From contig CACXMR010000004.1 of NCBI GenBank assembly GCA_902768825.1, positions 14,241 to 78,240 of the forward strand: a DNA stretch of 64,000 nucleotides, in the 5' to 3' direction. Source of the stretch: an uncultured Ruminococcus sp. Lineage in GTDB: Bacteria > Bacillota > Clostridia > Oscillospirales > Acutalibacteraceae. Below the pieces are notes generated by a model, which was not told where the DNA came from, made no database searches, and worked only from the letters and a program-made list of their open reading frames with translations. Numbering within the stretch: the stretch's first letter is position 1; every line of letters begins with the position of its first letter. Made by a program: the position numbers and the translations under genes. This document shows positions 8,463 through 19,500 of the stretch, in pieces.

Positions 8463-8939
8463 TCAAAGAGAACATTCAACGCTGTAGATCTCTCTATCTA
8501 TAACTACAGGTACTCTGAGCATTACTTCGCCCTGCTGATCGTAAGCAACATAGGTAACTGCGTTGAAGCCGTCTTTGTAGTTGAGGAATATTTTTGCTGA
8601 CAGCTCATTATACTTGAAGGCGCCCTGGGGATCATTACCTTTGCTTGCACCGAGATATACCGCAAAGGTGCCGTCCTCGTTGAATACAACACTATGGGCA
8701 AGCCTGAAGGATGTGCCGAACATCAGATAGGGATTCACCTGATTTCCATTTGCGTCAAGAATCCTACTGACATTCCATTTATTGCCGGTAATGAAGCTGA
8801 GGTCGAAGGTATTTACCTTTTCTGTGATCGCTGACGTATCTGCCGGAGCTGCATTTGCTGTAGCTGCTATTGCTGCACCTGCAGTGATTGTTAATGCTGC
8901 GGAAAGAATGAGAGCTGAGAGCTTGAGTGACTTTTTCAT
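8463..8939 (-). CDS. Small secreted protein of unknown function
   Basis: Sec signal MKKSLKLSALILSAALTITAGAAIAATANA. AAGGAG RBS upstream of the ATG at 8939. No family recognised. Confidence 0.6.
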   Translation of the reverse strand: MKKSLKLSALILSAALTITAGAAIAATANAAPADTSAITEKVNTFDLSFITGNKWNVSRILDANGNQVNPYLMFGTSFRLAHSVVFNEDGTFAVYLGASKGNDPQGAFKYNELSAKIFLNYKDGFNAVTYVAYDQQGEVMLRVPVVIDREIYSVECSL

Positions 8940-9056
8940 AATAATAATCTCCTTTGAGTAAATAATTTTTTTGTTGGTCAATTATTGATTGGTTAACCTG
9001 TGCCTATAATATAGCATGTTATTTAATATGAATCAATTTACAATTTATACTCAAGG

Positions 9057-9123
9057 TGTTCAGTTATGTACAATCTAAAGGAGATCTGTTCAGTTCTGAA
9101 CATTTTTGACTACAATTGTTCAG
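9057..9123. repeat. Three direct TGTTCAG repeats phased at exactly 30 bp, the middle one part of a 7-2-7 inverted repeat
   Basis: TGTTCAG at 9057-9063, 9087-9093 and 9117-9123. CTGAACA at 9096-9102 gives TGTTCAGTTCTGAACA. Confidence 0.8.
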
Positions 9124-9206
9124 ACTTTATGCTTTGGGTTCCGTGTTTTATATGTGAAAAACGTCCTGCCGATAAAGAACGACAGGACGACGATTCCACT
9201 ATGCAA

Positions 9207-9785
9207 TTATTCTGACCTGACAGCGATGAGCTTTTCCATATAACCATTCAATTCGGCAAGGCTCTTCATGATAAGATCCTTTGACGGAGTGAAATCATTC
9301 CTCACCCACTTACCGATAACAGCTACATAGCCGCTCGACCAGAATGCCGATAAATAATCCAGCTCATTATCATTGATGTCAACATGACATCTCTCAGTCA
9401 GTATCAGGCGAAACACACCCTCTATCATATTGGTGAACTTGAATCTGAGCTCACCGGTACTATGGGGGCTGAATATCATTTTAAAGATTTCAGGATTCTG
9501 CGTGATATAATCAAAAAGCTGGTCCCAGAAGTCTGCCGAAAACCCATCGCTGTATTTAAGTGTCAGCATTCCGATTTCGGTCAGCACTTCCCTTTCGATC
9601 TGCTCGTAAATATCATATACATCGTAGAAATACTTATAGAGTGTTGTTCGGCTGATCTCAGCCTTATCTGCTACCTCCTGAACGGTAATATCCTTTAGCG
9701 CCTTGTTTTCCATGAACTGTGCAAGAGCAAGCTTTATTGATTTTATAGTTTTAAGGGTTTTTCTGCTGAGCTTTTGTTCAGGCAT
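9207..9785 (-). CDS. TetR/AcrR-family transcriptional regulator
   Basis: N-terminal HTH ITVQEVADKAEISRTTLYKYF. The ATG at 9785 has a better RBS spacing (AAAGGTG) than the GTG at 9794. Confidence 0.85.
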   Translation of the reverse strand: MPEQKLSRKTLKTIKSIKLALAQFMENKALKDITVQEVADKAEISRTTLYKYFYDVYDIYEQIEREVLTEIGMLTLKYSDGFSADFWDQLFDYITQNPEIFKMIFSPHSTGELRFKFTNMIEGVFRLILTERCHVDINDNELDYLSAFWSSGYVAVIGKWVRNDFTPSKDLIMKSLAELNGYMEKLIAVRSE

Positions 9786-9848
9786 TTTTTTCACACCTTT
9801 ATATTAGCATAGTCCTATTACCGTACAACACAGATTTTTCAAGATGCT

Positions 9849-12800
9849 TTATGATTTTTCCTTGGGGCTGCTATCGTCTTTACTGCTCCTGTATTCAAAA
9901 CAAAGCATTGTCAGATCATCAAACTGTTCCTCATGCTGAACAAACCTGTCAACAGCCCTGCGCACATTATCAAGAAGTTGTTCGGGAGAGCAATTGGCAT
10001 TTTCATTAAGAGCATCCAACATTCTTTCTGTTCCAAAGAAATTGCGTTCACCGCAGCTGGCTTCGGGGAGACCGTCTGTATATAAAAACAATCTTGAGCC
10101 AGGTTTCATGTCAATTACATAATCCATGTAACACATTTCATTCAGGCCACCAAGCACAAAGCCATGCTTATCCTTGTATAATTCATATTTGCCTCCGGGC
10201 TCCCTTATTACAGGATATTCATGTCCCGCATTTGAAGCGGTAAGCTTTCCGGTGGAAAACTCGAATATTCCCAGCCATACCGTTACAAACATACTGTTTT
10301 TGCTGTGCTTGTAAAGCTCAGAATTGGCCGCTTGCAGAATATCCGCAGGAGTTTTTCCCGATACGGCAAAGTTGTGGAGAATGATATTTGCACTCATCAT
10401 GAAAAGCGCAGCAGGTATTCCCTTGCCGCTGACGTCAGCCATTATCATACACAAATGATCGTCGTCAATAAGGAAGAAATCGTAGAAATCTCCGCCTACC
10501 TCCTTGGCAGGAGACATCTTTGCATAAATATCAAAATCATCCCTATCAGAAAAAGCAGGAAATGTATTGGGCATCATGTCGCTTTGAATATCACTCGCGG
10601 TTTTTAGCTCGGTGGTTATTCTCTTTTTTTCCATTTCCTCACGGTGCTTTTTCTTCAGCTTCTTCTCCCTGAAATGAATAAACAGATACACAAACAGCGA
10701 GATCAAAAGCAAGCCGGCAACAATAATGAAAATATAAAACCATAACTGCTCATAAAACGCTTTATCCTTAATAATCGTCACCGAGATGATATCACTGTCA
10801 TTCTCAGTAGGGGGATTTATCTTCATAACGAATCGATATTCGCCGCCGCTAAGATTTGTATAGTCAAAAGGATTGAGGTCGCTTATATCAATAACAGTGT
10901 CATTCTGTTCAAGACCTTCAAGACGGTAGGATATTTTAGGAGTCGAAAGTGAATAGTTGCAGACACTGCAGTATACTGTCAGCTTAACAACGTTTGAGGA
11001 TACCCTGAAATTGCCCTCCTCATCGGGATAAATCCTTTTTCCGTCTGCCTCTATATATGGGATAACCGCCTTTATTTCAGGAGAGCTGCTAAAAGCAGTT
11101 TCGATATTTATCTTGGTCACGCCCGTATTGCCGCAAATGTAAAGATCGCCCTCATCTGTCAGCTCACTGTGGGAGTTTGCTGTTGTAACGCAGGGCAGGC
11201 CGTTTGCAATGCCATAATGGAGAAATGTCATGTCCTTTTGGTTTTTGACCATCTGTTCAGTCGGAACGACATAAATGCCGTCACTGCTAAGTACCCACAT
11301 CTCATCCTTGCTGTTCTGATAGAGGTCAAAATTGTTCGGATAAGGGAAATTGGTCACAGTAGTAATCTCATAGTCTCCATTCATATACCCAATGGAATCA
11401 CCGGTTACGATCCAGAAAATATCCCTTGTTCTGTCCTTTTTAATGCGCATTACGGCTCCAGATGTCAAGCCGGAATCCTTGCCTAAACACTGTGTTGAAC
11501 CTTTGCTGTCCACAATGTAGATGCCGTTGCCGTCAGAGCCGATAAAGACGTCATTGTTAAGTCCTTCCTCAGCTGTAAGCAAAGCAATATTATTAATTCC
11601 GTCCTTTTGGGTGTATGAGTATATGATCTTATCGTTTTTTATCGAGTCAACTCCGCTATACTCCACTGCCAGAATTGTTCCGTCTTTTTTCTCAAGAATA
11701 TCCCGTATATAATTTGATGATAGCTTATACTCCGTTTTGTTTGATTCGTTACTGTATTGATATAGTTTTTTTCCTTCGAGACAATACAGTCCCTTTCCCC
11801 AGGTCGCTATCCAGAGCCTTTGATGGCTATCACATAAAAGGCAACGAATACGGACACCGTCCAGGTAATCATAGATAGTTAAGGATGAATCATAAATTAC
11901 TGATGGTTTTCCTTCGTAATATATTTCTTCAAGGTAAATATCATCAATCGAGCCATTAAGAGACTTGCAGCGCAAACCTGTGTCTGTTGCGATAATAAGT
12001 TTGTCGTCATATAAGCATGTAGAATTGACTACATCATTACTCATTCCGTATTTTTCATAGATATCATCAAAAAAATCGGGCACTACCTTCAAAACACCCT
12101 GACGACTGGAAGTAAACCAGAGATTTCCCTGATAATCCTTCATAACATGGGCTGTGGCACTTGTCAGAGGGATATTTCGGAGATAATGAATGTTACCAAG
12201 ATCACCCAGTTCGCAAGCAGCAACGCCGTTACCTGCGCAGAGCCATACCTGCCCGTCTATATATTCCATATTATGAATATATGTCAGAAATTCTGTATAA
12301 TAAACTACTTCATCAGAAAAAGTATCTCCCTCCGACAATCTTCCGTATGTCTGAAAATCAGAATTGCTCAGATAAACACAATCAGGCTTTTGAGGATCGG
12401 GAAGTAAACAAACAACATCATTTAATCTAGAATGGCAATACTTTTGTATAGAGCCATCCTTTATAGTAAACACATTACTATCCGCATTCAAACCATATAC
12501 AAAACCATCACAGCCCTTTTTCACATCACTGATATTTTTGCTCTTTACCCTATCATCATCAATTGTTTTTACGTGCAAATCCTTGTCTATGATCAACAAC
12601 CCACACTTTGAAGCTATATATATATTTCCGCTGCTATCCTCGGAAATAGCCTGAACAGCGCCTGTTACCATTCCATCGTCTTCGCCGAAATAGCGGATAT
12701 CTCCGTTTTTCATCATCGCCACTCCGTTATTGGTGGAGCCGATCCAGAGTCTGTCCTGACTGTCGGTATAAAGAGACTTTACACCTGTTATGCCGTCAAT

Positions 12801-13184
12801 CTTGATACGATCAAAACCATTGCCGTCATAACGCACAAGACCGCCATAGCTGCCTATCCATATAAATCCTTCACTTGTCTGAGCGATGGCGTTTGCTTCC
12901 GAAGTCGGCAGACCGTTTGTATTATTGTATATTATAGCAGAATACTTGAAGTCATTATTGAAAGGATCCAGGTTTCCGCCCCTGTCATCAATATCAGCAG
13001 TCTTTTGCGGATTTGTGCTGCTCTTATTGTTTCCGCTATTTTCTTCAGGCTCTTTATTTTCTGGAACAACAATCGAAGCTTCGTTCTCGGCATTGACGCT
13101 CAGCGAAAAGCAGGCACTGCTAACAGTCAATAGAGCCGTAAATAATATAATTGACAAAAAATATCTAATATATTTTTTTACCAT
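9849..13184 (-). CDS. Membrane sensor PP2C (SpoIIE/RsbU-type) serine phosphatase with extracytoplasmic beta-propeller (Reg_prop / Y_Y_Y-like) domain
   Basis: N-terminal signal/TM. About 750 aa of repeated propeller-like blades (e.g. GFIWIGSYGGLVRYDG, DRLWIGSTNNGVAMM). One TM helix LWFYIFIIVAGLLLISLFVYLFI. PP2C motifs GGDFYDF, MADVSGKGIPAALFM, LYTDGLPE. Start taken at the ATG at 13184 (GGAG upstream); the track start is 13214. Confidence 0.85.
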   Translation of the reverse strand: MVKKYIRYFLSIILFTALLTVSSACFSLSVNAENEASIVVPENKEPEENSGNNKSSTNPQKTADIDDRGGNLDPFNNDFKYSAIIYNNTNGLPTSEANAIAQTSEGFIWIGSYGGLVRYDGNGFDRIKIDGITGVKSLYTDSQDRLWIGSTNNGVAMMKNGDIRYFGEDDGMVTGAVQAISEDSSGNIYIASKCGLLIIDKDLHVKTIDDDRVKSKNISDVKKGCDGFVYGLNADSNVFTIKDGSIQKYCHSRLNDVVCLLPDPQKPDCVYLSNSDFQTYGRLSEGDTFSDEVVYYTEFLTYIHNMEYIDGQVWLCAGNGVAACELGDLGNIHYLRNIPLTSATAHVMKDYQGNLWFTSSRQGVLKVVPDFFDDIYEKYGMSNDVVNSTCLYDDKLIIATDTGLRCKSLNGSIDDIYLEEIYYEGKPSVIYDSSLTIYDYLDGVRIRCLLCDSHQRLWIATWGKGLYCLEGKKLYQYSNESNKTEYKLSSNYIRDILEKKDGTILAVEYSGVDSIKNDKIIYSYTQKDGINNIALLTAEEGLNNDVFIGSDGNGIYIVDSKGSTQCLGKDSGLTSGAVMRIKKDRTRDIFWIVTGDSIGYMNGDYEITTVTNFPYPNNFDLYQNSKDEMWVLSSDGIYVVPTEQMVKNQKDMTFLHYGIANGLPCVTTANSHSELTDEGDLYICGNTGVTKINIETAFSSSPEIKAVIPYIEADGKRIYPDEEGNFRVSSNVVKLTVYCSVCNYSLSTPKISYRLEGLEQNDTVIDISDLNPFDYTNLSGGEYRFVMKINPPTENDSDIISVTIIKDKAFYEQLWFYIFIIVAGLLLISLFVYLFIHFREKKLKKKHREEMEKKRITTELKTASDIQSDMMPNTFPAFSDRDDFDIYAKMSPAKEVGGDFYDFFLIDDDHLCMIMADVSGKGIPAALFMMSANIILHNFAVSGKTPADILQAANSELYKHSKNSMFVTVWLGIFEFSTGKLTASNAGHEYPVIREPGGKYELYKDKHGFVLGGLNEMCYMDYVIDMKPGSRLFLYTDGLPEASCGERNFFGTERMLDALNENANCSPEQLLDNVRRAVDRFVQHEEQFDDLTMLCFEYRSSKDDSSPKEKS

Positions 13185-13394
13185 AAGACCACACTCCAAG
13201 AATTGTTTTATCAAACAAGCAGGTATTTAACAGGTAATTGGGAATATTTCATATAAAAAACCTTTTTACTTATCATGTTTTATAGTAAGATTATATCATT
13301 AATCGACAAAGCGTGTCAAGATTTTGCTCCAGAAGAACCTCTTGTTAAAACATGGATATCGGAAGCCTGAAAAAACTACTCTTCCATACATAAG

Positions 13395-13449
13395 CCGAAA
13401 AAGAAAGACCATTGAGGCATCTCTTATACCGGGAAGCCCCAATGGTCTT
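13395..13449 (-). terminator. Possible terminator after the NRPS gene (large loop)
   Basis: 10-bp stem AAGACCATTG (13405-13414) / CAATGGTCTT (13440-13449) with a 25-nt loop. T-rich tail on the minus strand. Confidence 0.4.
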
Positions 13450-13501
13450 TTCACTATTTGACAGATTATGTGCGATTCAGGAGCTTTCCCTATCACATTA
13501 C

Positions 13502-16500
13502 TTATCTGTTCAGATTTTTTTCATCAAAGAAACCCAGCCCCATCAGTGCTTTGATAAAGCGACGGATATAAGCCATATCGGTATTGTTCCAATAGAAGCC
13601 CATACACGAGAGTATCCTTGAAGTATAATCAAATCTTGCGGCAACGGGTATAGTGTTTTTGCCGTTCATGTTTTTGTATGCCAGCATACTTGACAATATC
13701 GCTGCCTTGACAGGATCCTGCTCAGCTTTTTCCAGTGCAGCATCAAATTCGGGTTTATACACGAAATCAATTTTGATCCCCAGCTCCTTCATAGTACGGA
13801 TAATGTCAACAAGCGGAACCGAATGATTATTGATGGCATTGAAAAGGCAGCATTCACCGGGAGTCTGAGCAAGCAGCAGGAATGCCTTTGCGCTTTCGTC
13901 TATGGATCCCATGCGTACAGGATTATTTATCATGTCGTGGGGGAATGCCTTCAGCAGGGCAAAGCTCCTCAGGCGACCCATAAAGTTATTTGTGAGCCAG
14001 TTGATCTGGAACTCACCGTCGCTCTCACGGGGTGCAAGGGTGCCCACTCGGATGACCTTTGCGTCAAGTCCGTTTTCTACCACGTTCTCAAAGACCTCAC
14101 GCTCTGCTAACAGCTTTGAAGAAGTGTACTGGTTTTCAAGTATCTGCCCGAAATATAAAACGTGCTCGTCAAGGAATGGCATAGACTTGCCCGGCTGGGC
14201 TGCAACCGCACCTGAAACTGAGGTGGTTGAGAAGTGGATAAGTCTTGCGCCCTTTTCCAGACAATAGCGGATACAGTTTTTAGCACCGCCCACGTTGATA
14301 TCCTCGATATCTGTGCCGCTGGAGAAATGCTTAACGCTGGCAGCGCAGTTGAATACCGTATCAATCGGCATTGAAAGCAGGGAGCTGAAGCTCTCGTAAT
14401 CTGTTACGTCACCGTCGAATGCTTTGATACGATCCAGCATTCCCTCAAACCTGTCGTCAAAATAATAATACAGCATATTTCTGACACGGCTGAATGCGGT
14501 ATCATAACGCCCTTTACGCACCATGCAATAAACAGTGCCGGTATAGCTCTTCAGGTATTCCGCAAGAACGTGTATTCCCATAAATCCTGTGGCACCGGTC
14601 AGGAGAATATTTCCCAATGGTCGTTTTTCACCATTGACAAAAGAATCAACGCTGTTGGATCTCAGCATCTGATGTATCTTGGTGTAATCATAGCTGTCAA
14701 AGCGGGCAGCCGAGAGCGATACGTTGTCTCCTTCTCCCGTGAATCTGGAAGCAAGCTTTCGTGGTGTAGTGTATTTGAACACATCGCCGTAGGTCAGCTC
14801 GTAGCCCTGTTCATTCGCCTTTATCATTACGCTTGTGACAGCAAGACTGGTGCCGCCGATGGAGAAGAAGTCATCATTTGCACCCACCTTGTCAAGTCCG
14901 ACGATCTCGCCAAACAGCTTGCAGAAGAATTCCTCCGTATCGTTGGCAGGCGGTTCATATTCGCCGCTTTCTACAAGTTCAGGATCAGGCAGTGCCTTTA
15001 CATTGGTCTTGCCATTGGGTGTCACCGGTATATTATCTACCTGCATCATGGCGGCGGGCACCATATAGTGGGTCAGCTTCTGGGCAAGAGCTTCTCTGAG
15101 TTCTGCCAGATCAACCCGCATATCCGCAGTGAACCATGCACAGAGGTTTTCTCGTCCACCTATCCTGCGGACAGCTGCGGCTGCTCGCTTGATGTGAGGC
15201 TGCTGCTCCATCAGACCCTCGATCTCACCCAGTTCTATGCGAAGACCACGAAGCTTGATCTGGCCGTCCATTCTGCCGATAACCACCGCATTGCCCTCTG
15301 CATCCCATTTAGCATAGTCGCCTGAGCGATAGACACGCTGTCCGTTATACTCAATAAAGCGCTGCTTCGTCTGCTCCGGCAGATTACGGTAGCCCCTTGC
15401 AACACCCGGACCTCCGATAAGCAGCTCACCAATCACGCCACGGGGCAGCATATTAAGGTCGGAATCAACTATATATTCACATACATTGAGCAGCGGTCTG
15501 CCTACGGAAATATGATCCGCATTCTGAAGATATGCCATATTACAGGAAATAGTCGTTTCCGTGGGGCCGTAGGTATTGATAACATTTTCTATATGCAATT
15601 CCTTCAGGCGTTTGAGCAGGGTTTCGGAAAATGCCTCACCGCCCGCCAAGACCATTCTGCACTGCTTTAGGGCATCTGCAAAGGGTGCATACTCCATGTA
15701 TTGCTGATAGCGTGAAGGTGTGGCATTCATGGCGTCCACCCCGTTTTCGGTGATCAGCCTTGTAAGCTCCAGAGGATTGTTCATCTGATCCTCATTTGCA
15801 AAGACAACGGTTTTTCCGTTGCAGAGGATACCCAATGTATCCTTAAGTGACAGGTCGAAGGATACGCTGGAAACTGCCAGCATTTTACTGATCCCCTTGC
15901 TCAGAGTATCATACAATATATTTGCCGGGTGGGTAATGCAGTAGTTGCAAATGCCCTCATGCATCAGCATAACTCCCTTAGGCTTTCCTGTTGAACCTGA
16001 GGTGTATATCATATACGCAAGGTCCTGGCCTGTCAGCGGCACATCCGGATTCTCTGTATTGCTGCTGTCAAAAAGAGTATCTATCAGCAGCACCCGTTCA
16101 GCGGGATAATCCGAAGAATGTTCCTCTGTTGTGATAATAAATCTGGCTCCGGAATCCTCCGTGATATGACTAATTCTGTCAGCTGGATATTCAGGGTCAC
16201 AGGGCACAAACGCAGCACCTGCCTTCAGCACACCAAACACTGCTTCAAAGTAGTAGCTTCTGCGAGGCAGCAGCAGCACTATGCTGTCGCCGGGTCTGAC
16301 ACCCTTTTCCATAAGGCTGTGGGCAATACGGTTTGCATCTTTGTTCAGCTCAGAATAAGTAAGTGTCTTGTCGCAGGCGATCAGGGCTGTTTTATCGAAA
16401 GCATCTGCCGCTGTCTTTTCAAAGACTCTGTGGAGCAGCACTGTCTCGACCTCAAGCTGTGCCGAACGCCCCAGCTTCACCAGAGCCTGCTTTTCTTCGT

Positions 16501-19500
16501 CGGTAATCAGCGACAAAGCACATACAACAGTGTCACTTTTATCTATCATCCTGTCGGTCATGGTTTTGACAGAATCAGCAAGAGTCTGCATATACTGCTT
16601 TGAATAAAGAGCATCGTTATACAGCACCCTGACGGCATATTCTCCGCCTCTCTCCACGATCGAAAATACTATCCTGAACTTTGGCGCTTCAAAGCTTAAC
16701 CTCACCTGCTTATAAGCATTTCCGCCGATCGTGCCTCCTTCAGTAATGACACCAAGCTGGCATTCATACATTATTTCTGTCTTGTATCCGTATTTTGCGG
16801 CGATCTCAGCAAAGGGATAGATCTCATTTTTAATGCTTCCCCTCATGACGCTGTTTGAAGCCTTGACAAGCTCCAATACATTCATGCTCTTGTCAAATTC
16901 CATTGCAAGGGGCAGGGTATGTACAAACATTCCGAGAGTGTTTCTTGTCTTAATGCTTTCCCGCCCCGATGAAATAGTGGACAGATAGACATTCTTTGTT
17001 CCGGCATAGCGTGAAGCAGTATAGAACACTGCCGCAAGGAAAAATGCAGATGCCTGCACGTTATTCTGACGACAAAAAGCATCAACCGCCTGCTTTGACA
17101 CAGTGCAGGAAACCTCACCGATCACGCCGTTTTCTTCATTTCCTGATCTGTCGAAAGGAATCCCTGTAGGTGCCTCATAGCTTTGGAACAGCCTGTCAAA
17201 ATACTTTTCAGCTTCCGAATATTCATCCGTCTGCTTGAGTTCCTCCCCTTCCTGGGAATAATCAAAGTAGGTGTAGCTTTCCCCTGACAACTCCTTGCCT
17301 GAATAAGCCGCATCAATATCCCTGAGCAGTATGCCTCTCGACAAACCATCAAATATCAGGTGATGAACATCAAAGAACAGATAAGTCTTTCCACCGGAGT
17401 TGACAACTGACGATCTGAAAAGCGGACCCTTGTGAAGATCAAAGGGACGGATAAAGCTGTTTTTGAACTGCTCAAGCTCCTCAGAATCCATTGTAAGGAC
17501 ATCCACCTTTACAGGGGCATCATCGTTTCTGACCTGCACAAGCCTGCCGTCACACAGCTCGATATGGGTGTTGAGATAGCTGTGAGCGACAACGGCCGAT
17601 TTTACTGCATCCGCAAGTCTCTGGCCATCAAGCTGTTCAAATTGCAGACACATGGGCAGATTATACACTATGTCAGCCTCGTTCTTCATTGCATCGTAGT
17701 AAACGGCAATCTGTACATCAGATAGCGGAACCTTGTCTGACTTAGGCTTTTCTTCAGTGATATCCGCCTGCATCTCCGATTGTTGTGAAAATCCCTTTTG
17801 CATCCAGCTTTTAAAGATAATGTTTTCTATATCGATTATGCTTGCGCCGTCAAGGAGCATAGAGGCGGATACCTCGGCGTTAAACTTGTCAGCGAGAGTG
17901 GCAACGAGACCTATAGCGCTGATGCTTGTCAGTCCGTAATTAATCAGAGGCTCTGCAGGGTGAATATCAATATCCCCCAAAAGACGTTTTGCAACCCCTG
18001 CGATCTCTTCCTCAAAAAGGGTCAGCGGACGAGCCTGCCGCTCATTATCGTTGGTATTGGTTGTTTTGACAGGCTCCGGCAGTGCACGCTTGTTGACCTT
18101 CTGGTTCTGGTTCAGAGGAATACGGTCGATCTGCATTGTCACAGCGGGAACCATGTAAGCAGGCTTGTCTTTCCTGATAAACTCGCCCAGTGCGTCTACA
18201 TCTACAGGCTCATCTGCTACCACGTAAGCCGCAATAAACTTTCCGCCGGTCTTTTTGTCGAATGCCTGTACGGTGGCGTCCTTGATACCCGGGAACTTAC
18301 GAATAACACTCTCAACCTCAGACAGCTCAATACGGAAGCCGCGCACCTTGACCTGACCGTCGTTTCTGCCTATGAAATCAGCCGTGCCATCCGGCATGAT
18401 ACGCACTATATCACCTGTCCTGTATGCGTGGGTATAGCCCGGTTCATCTGAGAACGGATTGCGTATGAACACCTCGGCATTTTTCTCCGGGCGGTTAAGA
18501 TATCCTCTTGCTACCTGGTGACCTGCTACAATCAGCTCGCCGGGCATACCGAATGGCAGGCGGTTGCGGTTCTTATCCACGATATACTGCTTCATGTTGT
18601 AAAGCGGTTTACCTATGGGCACACGGGTATAAAGCCTGTCAACTGTAAACATGTGGGTAAAGAATGATTCCGTGGGACCGTAGCCGTTGTATAGCGTAAA
18701 ACCCCGAGGCGGCTCCACAGGGACTAATTTCTCACCGGCAACAATCAGATGATGGGGATAAGCAGCATCCGGGAACAGGTCGGCGTACTGTCTGCCTACC
18801 TGCGTTGTCATAAAGGTATGTGTAATGCCGTATTTGTGGAAATAGTCCTTTATTGCGATAAGATCAAGACGAATGCTCTCATCAATAATGTGGAGCTGAC
18901 CGCCGCAGAAAAGCACCGGGTACATATCCAGCATATGACAGTCAAAACCGTAGCTGGCGTAAGCGGATGAGCGGCTGTTTTCGTCTATATCATAATTTTT
19001 GATGTACCACTCGCAGAAACAGCGCAGATTATGATGTTCAAGCATGACACCCTTTGGAACGCCTGTTGATCCGGAGGTATAAAGCATGATGAACAGATCA
19101 CTGGGCTCCGGGTTTTCGGTTATCCTCTCGGCATCAGGAAGAGATGGTATTTCATCAGTGTAGAGCACCGGTCCCTTATAGTCAGGGAGCTTGTCCATCA
19201 GGTTCCTGTCAGCGATCAGATATTTGGCGTCTGCATCTTTTATCATAAATTCAAGACGTTCGGAAGGATAGCTGGGGTCAAGAGGCTGATATCCCGCACC
19301 TGACTTGAGAACACCGATAGAGGCTATGGGCATATATTCACAGCGGGGTATCATGACAGAAACCGCCTGATTCTTCCCCACGCCCTTGGCTTTTAGGAAT
19401 GCTGCGATATTCTCAGTAATGCGGTCTACATCTCTATAGGTATAAGTATGGTCAAGATAGACAACGGCTATATTATCAGGTGTTTTAGCTGCCTGACGGC

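Noticed and set aside
7997-8479. 160-aa version of the STAS ORF, overlapping the upstream secreted-protein gene.
   Set aside because: The extra 62 N-terminal residues run through an intrinsic terminator (8398-8436) and a likely promoter. The internal ATG at 8293 has a strong AGGAGGA RBS and gives a normal-length STAS protein.
13299-13496. 65-aa minus-strand ORF between the NRPS and the phosphatase gene. I considered it as an MbtH-like or small accessory protein.
   Set aside because: It has no RBS and no MbtH signature (no conserved Trp pattern). It overlaps the putative terminator hairpin, and its composition looks non-coding.
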